64,000 nucleotides of DNA, taken from the NCBI RefSeq assembly GCF_006345805.1, contig NC_043018.1, positions 16,182,001 to 16,246,000 on the forward strand. Reading direction: 5' to 3'. Positions 48,752 to 61,800 of this stretch are shown piece after piece (the stretch's first letter is position 1; every line of letters starts with the position of its first letter). Both the position numbers and the translations under genes were made by a program. The notes beneath the pieces were generated by a model. That model was not told the DNA's origin, searched no databases, and saw only the letters and a program-made list of their open reading frames with translations. This DNA comes from Octopus sinensis. Lineage: Eukaryota.

Positions 48752-49793
48752 TATATAAAGTTAATCCAAACAAGAAAGCACAAAAAAACACAACAACACG
48801 AGGACGTGGGACAAATATAGTATTGTTGGATGTTCAGGAAAGAAGGAAAGAAGGAGGGTTTAACGTTTCGAGCAGAGTTCTTCGTCAGAAACATAGGAGA
48901 AGGAAAGACAGAGGAAAAAAAATCGCCAACGGTACACACGCGGTCACATATATATATATATATATATATGCATATATATGTAGCCTTTGTTCTGTAATAA
49001 TGAAAGCATTTACCTTGAGAAAATCCCATGAGGAATATTCCGTAGATGATGAAGAAACGAAGGAGATCACCTTTAATCATACTGTAGATCATCACAACAA
49101 AGGGTCCCGTTATAGCAAAACCCCTGAAACAGCATAAAGGAAAAGAGATAGCATGTTAAATGACTTAGAAGCAATGGTTGTCGTTGTTGTTGTTGTTGTT
49201 GTTGTTGTTGTTGGACCCCAGGGCATCTGTGAGTCAACCAAATTATGATCAAAGACATTGAAGCTGTTCCCATCCTGTCTTTTATTCCAGCATAGTGTAC
49301 CTGAGACTACTTCATCAAATGTGCCCTTGTTGTTGTTTGGGTCCAGGTCATCTCTGATCAAGCAGAGCTGTGATTAGAAGTGTCACTAAGCTGTCATTTA
49401 TTGAGACATAGTTATCAAGGACTACATTACTAAATGTGCCCTCTCTTGTTAGTGTTTAGGCCACGACCAGTTCTGATCCAGGAGACCTTATCATCAAAGT
49501 TGCTCTAGCAGCGACCATCCTGTCTTTTATTCTGACACAGTGTACCTAGGACTGCGTTAGCAAATGTGGTCTTTTTGATGTACATCTTGAAATGTACATG
49601 GAACAAATAGGGGCTGCAATAAGGGTGGAGCACTTGCAGAAAACAGCACTGCTCGGAACCGCTCGAGTACTCTGGAAGGTGCTCGAAAAATAAGGGGTGT
49701 TACCTTAATTCACTGGTAGTGAACAGGTGACACTGTAGTACATCTCCATCGTTAAGGAGCTGTGCAAAGGTAATAATAATAATAATAATAATG

Positions 49794-49840
<47 letters not shown>

Positions 49841-50520
49841 GATTGTCTTAACTGGTACATCACACGTATTGAGAAGAGCATTGTCGATGTGAGAACTATT
49901 ACTCTCCATGTATTTTAATTTAACTTTAAAAAAAAAATGAACGAACTAGTGAGTTTAGTTTAATGACCTACCAATGTATACTATGAGTTTCTTTGCCCTA
50001 GGAGTCGGGAAGACACTCGGCAAGAAATGGAAGCAAATTTGAAAGAAGAGGGAAAAAAAAAGATAATAATAAAATAATAATAATAATAATAATAAAGTGA
50101 TGGGTGAACATACCTGCAGAAGAAGAGAAAGTAGGGAGCTGTACAGAGTATAGCCATGACACCCATAATATCCTCATATTCATGGCTGCAGGTGAGTCTT
50201 CCAGGGACCATGGCAAAGACAAATATGCAGGACATGAGGAACATGGTCTTCGATGGGGCTCTTTTCTGTCAACAGAAACCAACAACATATATATATAAAT
50301 ATATACATATATATATATATTCCTACTAACACATACACACATACATATATACATACATACATACCTATAAATAAGGGCAAACGAAAAAATTTCTAATGCA
50401 TTAGAAATTTTTTCATTTGCCCTTATTTATAAGAAATAGACTGTCGACATATCCAGGGGCATGCATTTTACCTTATAACCACCTCAAAGTAAAGGAAAAT
50501 GCATGCCAAATACTGGTGCC

Positions 50521-50551
<31 letters not shown>

Positions 50552-50722
50552 AGCAAGGGCAGAGTGGAGAATTCTTTACCAAAGTCATTGAAAATATTCG
50601 AATTCCTTGATAGTAAATTTCTTTTCCAGCACAAGTCAGGTATATTCCAGCACCGATTACTGTAAGAACTTCCGTGGGTAAACGGATCTGGATTGAAAGA
50701 AATAACAAAAAGGTGAGTATAC

Positions 50723-50763
<41 letters not shown>

Positions 50764-53700
50764 TTCTTGGTAATGGATGTGTAACGTTTTGTGGTGCCCT
50801 ATACTCATATATGCATATATATATTTGTATATATATATATATTTTATTTATATTATTATATGATTGAATGCCACACATCCATTTCCAAGTAAGTTTATCT
50901 TAATAATTTTGATGCAGCTCTATCCTGTACTGTTCTCTCCCCGCCCCTTTCGTTTTCACTCTCATCCTTTCTCTAATTTTCTTTTCTCCCCTTCACGGTT
51001 TTCTATCTCTCTCTCTCTCTCTCTCCCTCCCCTTTCTCCTTTACTTTCTCTCGATGCTCACATGTGACCATCATCCATCTTTCTTTTCCTTCAATCTGTC
51101 GTACAGACCAGACACATTCTTATCTGTCTCCTCTTCTATTTTTTCTCTTGTCAAAGACAATATTCCTCCATCTTTTACTACCTTACCCCCGTCTGACCTA
51201 ACAGCCCTCCACATTTGTTTACATTTGGTTTGTTGTATGTCTCCACTGCCCTGTTTTGTTACCAACTTTGACCCTCTGCAAATCCCACATTTTATTTTGG
51301 TTTGTGGGAGCAGCTGCCTTTCGAAGCCTCATATTGTCATTAAATGCTCGAAATGAGGAGTAGATGGACAGCCGACCACTGATGAAGGGTCGTTCTTTAT
51401 GTTACTTGTGTTGTTTTCCATTTGTTTCTCTCGTTGTTTGCATACTCAAGTTTATCTTCGTATTTCATGTTGTTTACTTTCTGTGACGTCCTGCACCCAT
51501 ATATTCATATATATACACATATATATGTATGTATGTACATATATGTATGTATATATGCATATATATATGTATGTGTATGTCTATATATATATATATATAA
51601 TATATAGTGAAGGGAAGAAATGGAGCCGAACGAAGATTCTACAAAATTCCTTTTTATTATTTTCTACACGTTTCAAAGGCTGCAAATTCCCAAATTCGGA
51701 TTGAATAAGGAGACCATTCTGCAGCTTTCTCTTCAGGAAAATTCAGGAATTTAAAATCTCAAAACAAATGCGCAGCAAGCTTTTCGAACAAAGTTTACTA
51801 GCTTCCATATTGTCTCCCACCCTCAATCTACTAATCCCCTAAATGTTACCCTTACTAGCTTCCATATTGTCTCCCACCCGGTTAATTTTGAATAATCGTA
51901 ACAAGATAATTTCATTATCCATTTCATTAAACAGTATAATATATATATATGAGTGTGGTGTGTGTGATGTCTACATATGTGTGCGTGTGTGCATGTGTGT
52001 ATGCGTGTGTTTGAATAGATGTAATTTAGGTTAAATACAGTCTGTCTGATGTATGGTGCATGTCGTGTTCATGTATATATGCTGCATGTGTGTGTGTGTA
52101 AGTGTAAGGGGTGAGGTTTGTATATGTGTGTGAATGTATATAAGTATAAGGAGTGCGTTAGCGTATAAAGTATAAATGTATCAACAGTGCATGTATGTAT
52201 ACATCAGCATGTGATCATATGCAAATATATAACCTTACTGGCTTCCATAATAAACTTTCTCCACACCTTCAACCCCCTAACCCACTAATTGTTAGTGTCT
52301 GGCTGTCTCAGTACACTACCCACCAAATTGGTACCCTTACTAGCTTCCATATTGTCTCCCACCCTCAATCTACTAACCCACCAAATTGTTACCTTTACTA
52401 GCTTCCATATTGTCTCCCACCACCTCAATCTACTAACCCACCAAATTGTTACCCCTACTAGCTTCCATATTGTCTCCCACCCTCAATCTACTAATCCACT
52501 AAATTGTTACCCTTCTAGCTTCCATATTGTCTCCCACCCTCAATCTACTAATCCACTAAATTGTTACCCTTACTAGCTTCATATTGTCTCCCACCTCAAT
52601 CTACTAATCCACTAAATTGTTACCCTTCCTACTAGCTTCCATATTGTCTCCACCCTCAATCTACTAATCCACTAAATTGTTACCCTTACTAGCTTCCATA
52701 TTGGTCTCCACCCGGTTAAATTTTGAATAATCCGTAACAAGATAATTCATTTATCCATTTCATAAAATACATATATAATATATATATATATGAGTGTGTG
52801 GTGTGTGTGTATACATATGTGTATGTGTGTGCATGTGTGTATGCGTGTGTTTGAATAGTATGTATGTATAAATATCGTTATCTGTCTGTATGTATGCATG
52901 CATGTTTGTACATATGTATATATGCATGTGTGTGTAAATGTAAGTAGGTGTGTGTATGTTTGTATATGTGTGTGAATGTATATAAGTATGTAAGTGTGCG
53001 TATGTATAAATGTATCAACATGTGCATGTATGTATACAATCATGCATGTGATCATATGCAAATATATAACCTTACTGGCTTCCATATAAACTTTCTCCCA
53101 CCTTCAACCCCCTAACCCACTAATTGTTAGTGTCTGCTGTCCTCAGTACACTAACCCACCAAATTGTTACCCTTACTAGCTTCCATATTGTCTCCCACCC
53201 TCAATCTACTAACCCACCAAATTGTTACCTTTACTAGCTTCCATATTGTCTCCCACCCTCAATCTACTAACCCACCAAATTGTTACCCTTACTAGCTTCC
53301 ATATTGTCTCCCACCCTCAATCTACTAATCCACTAAATTGTTACCCTTACTAGCTTCCATATTGTCTCCCACCCTCAATCTACTAATCCACTAAATTGTT
53401 ACCCTTACTAGCTTCCATATGTCTCCCACCTCAATCTACTAATCCACTAAATTGTTACCCTTACTAGCTTCCATATTGTCTCCCACCCTCAATCTACTAA
53501 TCCACTAAATTGTTACCCTTACTAGCTTCCATATTGTCTCCCACCCGGTTAAATTTTGAATAATCCGTAACAAGATAATTCATTTATCCATTTCATTAAA
53601 CATTATAATATATATATATATATGAGTGTGTGTGTGTGTGTATACATATGTGTATGTGTGTGCATGTGTGTATGCGTGTGTTTGAATATATGTATGTATA

Positions 53701-55217
53701 AATATAGTTATCTGTCTGTATGTATGCATGCATGTTTGTACATATGTATATATGCATGTGTGTGTAAATGTAAGTAGGTGTGTGTATGTTTGTATATGTG
53801 TGTGAATGTATATAAGTATGTAAGTGTGCGTATGTATAAATGTATCAACATGTGCATGTATGTATACAATCATGCATGTGATCATATGCAAATATATAAC
53901 CTTACTGGCTTCCATATAAACTTTCTCCCACCTTCAACCCCCTAACCCACTAATTGTTAGTGTCTGCTGTCCTCAGTACACTAACCCACCAAATTGTTAC
54001 CCTTACTAGCTTCCATATTGTCTCCCACCCTCAATCTACTAACCCACCAAATTGTTACCTTTACTAGCTTCCATATTGTCTCCCACCCTCAATCTACTAA
54101 CCCACCAAATTGTTACCCTTACTAGCTTCCATATTGTCTCCCACCCTCAATCTACTAATCCACTAAATTGTTACCCTTACTAGCTTCCATATTGTCTCCC
54201 ACCCTCAATCTACTAATCCACTAAATTGTTACCCTTACTAGCTTCCATATTGTCTCCCACCCTCAATCTACTAATCCACTAAATTGTTACCCTTACTAGC
54301 TTCCATATTGTCTCCCACCCTCAATCTACTAATCCACTAAATTGTTACCCTTACTAGCTTCCATATTGTCTCCCACCCTCAATCTACTAATCCACAAATT
54401 GTTACCTTACTAGCTTCCATATTGTCTCCCACCCTCATCTACTAATCCACTAAATTGTTACCTTACTAGCTTCCATATTGTCTCCACCCTCAATCTACTA
54501 ATCCACTAAATTGTTACCCCTACTAGCTTCCATATTGTCTCCCACCCTCAATCTACTAATCCACTAAATTGTTACCCTTACTAGCTTCCATACAAACTAT
54601 CTTACTCTCAATCCACTAACCCATCAAATTGTTACCCCTACTGACTTCCATACAAACTGTCTCATCCTTCATTCACAATCAACCCCCTATCAAATTTAGC
54701 TCCTTACTGACTTCCATACAAATTGTCTTACTCTCAACCCACTAACCCACCAAATTGTTACCCCTACTGACTTCCATACAAACTGTCTCATCCTTCATTC
54801 ACAATCAACCCCCTATCAAATTTAGCTCCTTACTGCTTTCCATACAAAGTGTCTCTCATCCTGAAATCACAAACCCCTACCTGATTGACCCCTTCATCAA
54901 TCCCCAAGCAGAACAATGTGTGAAATACATACGTAGTCATAATCGGTGTAAGGAAAGAGCAAGTAGCAGGATTCAATCGGGTCTTTGACTACTCGTTCGG
55001 TCAGGCCCTTGCTGCTGCAGTTGTTTGGGTTTTTAACGAAGGATATTGGGGTATTGGCGACGTCTTTGAGTCGAGGGTCAGCCCCGGGACGAAGGGCGAA
55101 GGCGATGACGAAGATTATAAAATAAACGGTGAAGAAGAAGAAGCGTCGGTAAAACCTACATGGAACAGAAAGAGGAAGATTGGTTGTGTAGTTAGCACTG
55201 GTAATATGTAACAGTGT

Positions 55218-55270
<53 letters not shown>

Positions 55271-55705
55271 TGTGTGTGTGCGCGCGTGTGTATGTGTATG
55301 TGTGTATGTGTATGTGTGTGTGTGTATGTGTGTGTATGTGTGTGTATTTGTATGAATATGTGTGTGTATGTATGTGTATGTATGTGTATGTGTGTGTATG
55401 TATTTGTGTGTGTACATGCATGTGTGTATGTATATATGTATGTATGTAAGAAGGTCGGTAAAACCTACATGGGACACATGTAACACAAAACATCCTCTAC
55501 ACAATTGTCACACAACCCTGTAACACTGTAACAGTGTAACACTTAACAGTGTAACACTGTAACAGTGTAACACTGTAACACAATCCACATAACATCTCTT
55601 ACCTGTATCGGGCAAAGGTGTACCATTTTTCTTGTAAAAGACTGAATATAATACCATCCATCATATAAAGGTGTTCCTCTTTGTCCTTGATAAATGAAGA
55701 GAGTA

Positions 55706-55783
<78 letters not shown>

Positions 55784-55799
55784 AATAATAATAATAATA

Positions 55800-55834
<35 letters not shown>

Positions 55835-57097
55835 AATAATAATAGAAAACCAGACATCGTCTTAATTGAGAAAGAAAGCAAACAATGTTGAATCATAGAT
55901 AGAGAATGCCCAGCTGACAAAAAGGTATGTGATAAGGAAGAAAGAAAAGTCAATGGATATAACAGGTTAGCTTGGGAGGTTAAGCATGTGTGGTCACTGA
56001 AAAAGGTGGCAGTAGTACCAATAATTGTCGAAGCCCTGGGAACAGTGAGTAAAAATCTCGAGAAGTACATGTAACAAATAGGGGCTGCAATAAGAATGGA
56101 GCACTTGCAGAAAACAGCACTGCTTGGAACTGCTCGAATACTCCGGAAGGAGCTCAAAAAATAAGAGGTGTTACCTTAGTTCACTGGTTGTGAACAACTG
56201 ACATTGTAGTACATCTCCAGAGTTAGAAGCTGTGCAAAGACAATAATAATAATAATAATAATAATCCTTTCTACCAGAGGCACAAGGCCTGCTTCAGAAA
56301 TGGCAACCACATCTGCTCACCTTCTTGTGATTTCTGTAAATGTTACAACTGCAGAATTCTTCCTAACAGAAGGGGGCTGGTTTCTTAGATAGAAAACAGT
56401 GAAAGTAAATGAAAAACCAAAGGATAAAATGTAGAGTCTGGTGCAGTTGAAGTCTAATAAATCCAATTGATAGTTATGGATGTCAATCGGCGAAATAAAT
56501 TTTTTCATCTTATATCTCCTCTCTTTCTTTATTGTGTGTGCGTGTGTGGGGGTGGGGGTTGTGTGTGTGTGTACTACTCACCCCGTAAACAACAAAACTT
56601 AGTGTAGAGTTGGTGTTGATTTCTCCATCCTCCGATATTGTGTCAATTTCCTTGAGAGGGTAACCACGACATGTCACCACTCCGTATTCCCAATACTGGT
56701 CTCTCTCCAGGTTGATGATGTGGTCATACATCTGTCATATGATAATAATAATAATAATAATAATAGTAATAGTAATAATAATAATAATAATATTCAGACA
56801 AATACATAACAAAAACACCAGGACTACAAACACACATATATAACATACAAAATTGCACTACTAGGCACTGCACACATCCTACGCAGAACACTTTCCATAC
56901 AATAACATCAGAGCATCACAACAAATCACAGCACATACCCAAGGCACACAGAGCTGCGCTGGTAGTGAAGTGAAAGCACGCTATAAAAATAAAACTACTG
57001 AATAATAATAATAATAATAATAATGATAATAATAATAATAATAATAATAATAATCATAATAATAATAATATAATAATAAATAATAATAATAATAATC

Positions 57098-57135
<38 letters not shown>

Positions 57136-57136
57136 C

Positions 57137-57175
<39 letters not shown>

Positions 57176-57192
57176 TAATCATAATCATAATC

Positions 57193-57257
<65 letters not shown>

Positions 57258-57258
57258 C

Positions 57259-57299
<41 letters not shown>

Positions 57300-57353
57300 C
57301 ATAATAATAATAATAATAATATAATAATAATATAATATCATATAAAATAATAC

Positions 57354-57437
<84 letters not shown>

Positions 57438-57449
57438 CATAATAATATA

Positions 57450-57480
<31 letters not shown>

Positions 57481-57522
57481 ATAATAATAATAATAATAAT
57501 CAGAAGAAGAAGAAGAAGAATA

Positions 57523-57581
<59 letters not shown>

Positions 57582-58992
57582 AGTTGTAGTAGTAGTAATA
57601 ATAATAATAGTTGTAGTAGTAGTAATAATAATAATAGTTGTAGTAGTAGTAACAACAATAACAGCAGAGTGGCAGTGCAATGGCCCAGTGGTTAGGGCAG
57701 CGGACTCGCTGTCATAAGAACGCGGTTTCAATTCCCAGACTGGGCATTGTGAGTGTTTATTGAGCAAAAACACCTAAGCTCCATGAGGCTCTGGCAGGGG
57801 TGGGTGGTGAACCCCATTGTAATCTTTCACCACAACTTTCTCTCACTCTTTCTTCCTACTTCTGCTACAAAGCAGAGGAACCATGGTGTAAACCACTATG
57901 GTGTGGTAAATTTTCAGACCCTAGCCTAGATTGTGAATCCTCTGTACCCCAAGATGGTTCAGCTCTCCACCCGTTAAAAGCCACCGTTTACGGAATGAGG
58001 ATAACAACGTAGCTTTTGCACACGTGCAACCACCAGTCTATCGCGTGTGGTGGGTGGATTTTACAGTTGCCACACGCATTCTCAGTAGCTTAGATGTGCT
58101 TCCAGCACATTCTTTCTCATGCGAGCAGATGTGGTTAGTAAGATCGATATGAGATAGACAGATCCTGTGGCACTGAGTGACTTTGAACAACAGCTACAGG
58201 GAGTTGGTGACAATGTTTCCTCTTCTCTTCATGTAGTCTCCTGTGTTTGGAGCACTCTACTCTAGCATCATACACAGACTGCCATACCTTCTGATCAATA
58301 GCCAGGACCTCCAACCAACTGGGAGGGAAACCACCAACTTCCTATTAAGGTCTTTAAACATCAGCCTTATCTCAAAACATACCTGTTCTCATAACCAAAA
58401 CCTTCTCTGATCAATAGCTAGAACCTCCAGCCGATCAGGAAGGAAACCACCAACTTCCTGTTCATGTCTTGAAACATAAGCCTTATTCTAAAACATACAC
58501 CTGTTCTCATGACCAAAACTGACTTAAGTGTACACTTCGGAATTGATTAATCAGGAGGATAACCACAGATTGAAACCCTAGTCTTGTGGCTGGCTACCAT
58601 ATGTAAATCAAGTAATCTGATGTTATTGAGGAGATAACCCTAATTCCAGATACCTTCCAACCTACCATTATTTAAGCAATCCCATTTCAACCCTATCATT
58701 GTTACATTGGAAAGGAAAACAAATAAAAGTTAAGTGCTCTGAGACTTGGTCTTCGTTTTCCTTTCAGATTTGAAAAGATAAGGACAGCAGAGTCAGGGTG
58801 AGTCAGGGTGGGTCAACAATGGAAGTAAATATAGAAATAAACCAAAACAGAAATGAGAGGGAATTTAAAGGAAATGTGAAGGTTCTTTACCTCTTTTCTT
58901 GCCAATTTTGCTGCTAATGCAAGTGGTGTGAGACCTTGGCGGTTCTTGATAGACAAACGGGCGCCAAATGAGTAAAGAAGCAGGAACATTTT
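42651..58992 (-). CDS. nan: TRPV cation channel, Nanchung/OCR-like (would be annotated TRPV5/6-like); 5'-partial, 11 exons, 453 aa visible
   Basis: Exons 58891-58992, 56582-56731, 55603-55685, 54933-55155, 50580-50687, 50114-50265, 49014-49123, 47198-47346, 46571-46687, 44352-44477, 42651-42692 join in phase. Ankyrin [50 protein letters not shown] box [21 protein letters not shown]. Subfamily assignment is from recalled motifs, not a search. Confidence 0.9.
42791..42990 (+). mobile_element. Mariner remnant
   Basis: tattgggttg TIR start and transposase C-terminus [20 protein letters not shown]. Confidence 0.6.
44352..44477 (-). CDS. TRPV exon (TRP domain/C-terminus)
   Basis: [42 protein letters not shown]|gtaagt. 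Confidence 0.92.
45579..45800. mobile_element. Mariner-like MITE (family also at ~22573-22765 and ~48031-48245)
   Basis: TIR gaggggxtgctgaaaagttcctgg / ccaggaacttttcagcaccc; three related copies. Confidence 0.7.
45815..46420 (+). mobile_element. SINE family B, triple tandem array (other copies ~890-1107, 9665-9850, 12800-13305, 13700-13885, 18492-18705, 25510-25712)
   Basis: aggcggcgagctggc...gagttcaaattccgccgaggtcgactttgcctttcatcc; ~190-bp unit x3. Confidence 0.85.
46571..46687 (-). CDS. TRPV exon (S6 + TRP box start)
   Basis: [39 protein letters not shown]. Confidence 0.95.
47198..47346 (-). CDS. TRPV exon (pore helix/filter)
   Basis: AMYILF...[34 protein letters not shown]|gtaagt. Confidence 0.92.
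47380..47980 (-). mobile_element. SINE family B, triple tandem array (inverted relative to 45815-46420)
   Basis: Reverse complement of the same unit x3. Confidence 0.85.
48031..48245. mobile_element. Mariner-like MITE copy
   Basis: Same TIRs and internal sequence as 45579-45800. Confidence 0.7.
48858..48892 (-). ncRNA. Putative minimal hammerhead ribozyme
   Basis: GTTT-CTGACGA-A-GAAC(tct)GCTC-GAAACGTT-AAAC. Confidence 0.55.
49014..49123 (-). CDS. TRPV exon (S4-S5 linker, S5)
   Basis: [36 protein letters not shown]. Confidence 0.94.
49590..49840 (+). mobile_element. R4/Dong-like LINE 3' end
   Basis: [21 protein letters not shown], same 3' UTR as the 55843 copy, (TAA)n tail. Confidence 0.75.
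50114..50265 (-). CDS. TRPV exon (S3-S4)
   Basis: [13 protein letters not shown]...[23 protein letters not shown]|gtatgt. Confidence 0.92.
50580..50687 (-). CDS. TRPV exon (S2)
   Basis: [36 protein letters not shown]|gtaaag. Confidence 0.9.
51661..51740 (-). ncRNA. Putative hammerhead ribozyme with long stem II
   Basis: TTTC-CTGAAGA-GAAAGCTGCAGA...TTTGCAGCCTTT-GAAACGTGTA-GAAA. Confidence 0.6.
51795..54860. repeat. 58-bp minisatellite within ~833-bp higher-order triplication (TRPV intron)
   Basis: Unit ttgttacccttactagcttccatattgtctcccaccctcaatctactaatccactaaa; marker cccggttaaattttgaataa at ~51877, 52711, 53544. Confidence 0.9.
54933..55155 (-). CDS. TRPV exon (S1 + extracellular loop)
   Basis: [23 protein letters not shown]...[12 protein letters not shown]|gtatgt. 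Confidence 0.9.
55603..55685 (-). CDS. TRPV exon (pre-S1)
   Basis: [27 protein letters not shown]|gtaaga. Confidence 0.9.
55843..56265 (+). mobile_element. 3' fragment of R4/Dong-like (REL endonuclease) non-LTR retrotransposon
   Basis: KPDIVLIEK...[12 protein letters not shown]...[15 protein letters not shown], 3' UTR, flanked by (TAA)n; shorter copy at 49590-49840. Confidence 0.8.
56582..56731 (-). CDS. TRPV exon (linker domain)
   Basis: [32 protein letters not shown]...FVVYG|gtgagt. Confidence 0.92.
56790..57001 (+). mobile_element. R4/Dong-like LINE 3' end (second family)
   Basis: [18 protein letters not shown] embedded between (TAA)n tracts. Confidence 0.7.
57001..57660. repeat. (TAA)n microsatellite
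   Basis: Direct inspection. Confidence 0.95.
58891..58992 (-). CDS. TRPV exon (last ankyrin repeat)
   Basis: [34 protein letters not shown]; cag acceptor, gtaaag donor. Confidence 0.9.
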
Positions 58993-59242
58993 CTGAAGGA
59001 AACACGTAAATAAAAGAACATCAGTTGTTACTGTATTCTTGGTTGTGGATTTTTTTTTTTTTTTGGTAATATGGAAATAATACAGTTTTTGGGGGGGATA
59101 GAGTAGAATCAATAAAAATTGCTGGAGAGGAGAAGATTAAAGTTTTTGGATTGGGACTTTTGTCAGAGAGAGTGGGGTGGGGACGTGTGGAGGGGGAGAG
59201 GGGGCAGAGAGAAAGAGAGGGTGGGGAAAGAAGAAAAACGTG

Positions 59243-59275
<33 letters not shown>

Positions 59276-59283
59276 AAGAAAGC

Positions 59284-59327
<44 letters not shown>

Positions 59328-59818
59328 GAGGGTGGGGGAAAGAAGGAAAAAGTGGAGAGAGAGAGACAGAGAAAGAAAGCAAGAAAGAAAGCTTTACTAA
59401 TGAGTTCAGATTTTTGCAGAATGATATGTTATTTAACCCCAGGTCAGCCCAAGAAGGAAATTTTAACCTTTCGTCTATTTGGAATCTAAAAAACACAGTA
59501 ATGAATTGGAATGGCCACAATTGGTTCTATTAATTAGCCTGGAACTCAGAAAGCACAGAGATGGAATAGATACTGCCAGGTAGTGGAGGCGCAATGGCCC
59601 AGGGGTTAGGGCAGCGGACTCGCGGTCATAGGATCGCGGTTTCGATTCCCAGACCGGGCGTGTGAGTGTTTATTGAGCGGGAAAACACCTAAAGCTCCAC
59701 GAGGCTCCGCAGGGGATGGTGGTGATCCCTGCTGTACTCTTTCACCACAACTTTCTCTCACTCTTACTTCCTGTTTCTGTTGTACATGTATTTCAAGGGG
59801 CCAGCCTTGTCACTCTCT

Positions 59819-59918
59819 NNNNNNNNNNNNNNNNNNNNNNNNNNNNNNNNNNNNNNNNNNNNNNNNNNNNNNNNNNNNNNNNNNNNNNNNNNNNNNNNNN
59901 NNNNNNNNNNNNNNNNNN
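59819..59918. other. Assembly gap (100 N)
   Basis: Run of N. Confidence 1.
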
Positions 59919-60392
59919 TTCCGTATGTATGTATTTTTTTTTTTTTACTTGTAGGGATTAAACTGCGACTATACTGGGGCAACGCCTTAAAGAAACTTTA
60001 GTCGAACGAATCGTCACGAATACTTATTTTTTAAATATATTTTTTAAACCCTGGTACTAATTCCTTGTGCCTGTTTTTCCAAATCTCTAGGTTACAGGAA
60101 CGTAAACACACCAACACCGGGTACCAAGCAATAGTGGAGACAAACGCAGATGCAAAAACACATACACACACATCACACACATACACAAACTCACACGTAC
60201 ACATATATATATGTGACTCCTTTTTCCCTATTTATACATAATACAACGGGCTTCTTTCAGTTTCCGTCTATCTACCGAATCTACTACAAAGGCTTTCGTC
60301 AGATCGAGTCTATAGTAGTACAAACTGGCCCAAGATACTATGCAGTGATACTGAACTCAGAAACATATATGCACACATACAGCCATACACAC

Positions 60393-60434
<42 letters not shown>

Positions 60435-60691
60435 TTATATATATATATACATATATACGACGGGCTTCTTTCAGTTTCCGTCTACCAAATTCACTCACAA
60501 GGCTTTGGCAGGCCCGAGGCTATAGCAGAAGAAGCCTGCCCAAGGTGCCACGCAGTGGGACTAAACCCAGAATCATGTGGTTGGTAAGCAAGCTACTTAT
60601 CACACAACCAGTCCTACATATATATTCTTTTATTCTTTTACTTGTTTCAGTCAATTGACTGCGGCCATGCTGGAGCACACACACACATACA

Positions 60692-60741
<50 letters not shown>

Positions 60742-60992
60742 ATTAATATATATATAATTAATAATATCAAAGTGTAGTTAGAAATATTTGAAATTTTCAT
60801 TACCAGTGGCCTAGAGTGTAAAACCTTGGCCAATAGACTATATATTATTCATATAAATATAGCTCACATTTAAACACATAAGAGGCATGCATCCTTGCAC
60901 GCTAGAGAGTACATGCTAAATTTGGAATTTAACTGTCCTCTCTAGCGTGCAAGGACTCCTATGATGGATGCATCTTATGTGTTTAAATGTAG

Positions 60993-61035
<43 letters not shown>

Positions 61036-61424
61036 TAAATAAATTTATTCATATATTATTCAAAATATTCAACGTAAACACGAAGTTTCTACCTTTATAA
61101 ACAAGGAGTTACCACACCTTTACTTGTGAGATTTTTGCTTCCTTGGTAACTATTTATTTATTTTTTCCGTGTTAATTGTTAACAAGGTAAAAATACACTC
61201 ATCTATTTATATATATATATATATACGCCCTAATTGTGTTTATTCGCACTATGTCCATATTAGTTTTTTCTTCATTCTCTCTCTGTTTATTTTCATATTC
61301 CTTTCCTGCTGAAGAGCGTAGGCTCGAAACGCAAAAGACGTTTTCATATTTCCCGAGCAACAAACTAGTACACTTGCTTTTTACTCATACATCTATCTCT
61401 TTTCTTTAACTTTTCTATAATTTT

Positions 61425-61471
<47 letters not shown>

Positions 61472-61738
61472 TAACATTTATCTATACACATGTATATACA
61501 TAAAGATACATATGCATGTGTGTTTGTGTCACTGCCGTTTGATTATATCATAACTTTTACACCGCGGTGATACTGTATGTAGCTGTCTGAATTCTGGCAG
61601 ACACACATGCATACACACACACACACACACGCGCCTCATAAATATAAATATACATGTACCAGGTGGTGCTATTAAGTTAGACATGGCCTGGGCCAATAAT
61701 GGCCGAAACCTATCAAGTATCAAGTATCAAAGTATATA

Positions 61739-61800
<62 letters not shown>

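Noticed and set aside
59583-59660. tRNA-like sequence
   Set aside because: It is the head of SINE family D and continues into SINE body; not a tRNA gene.
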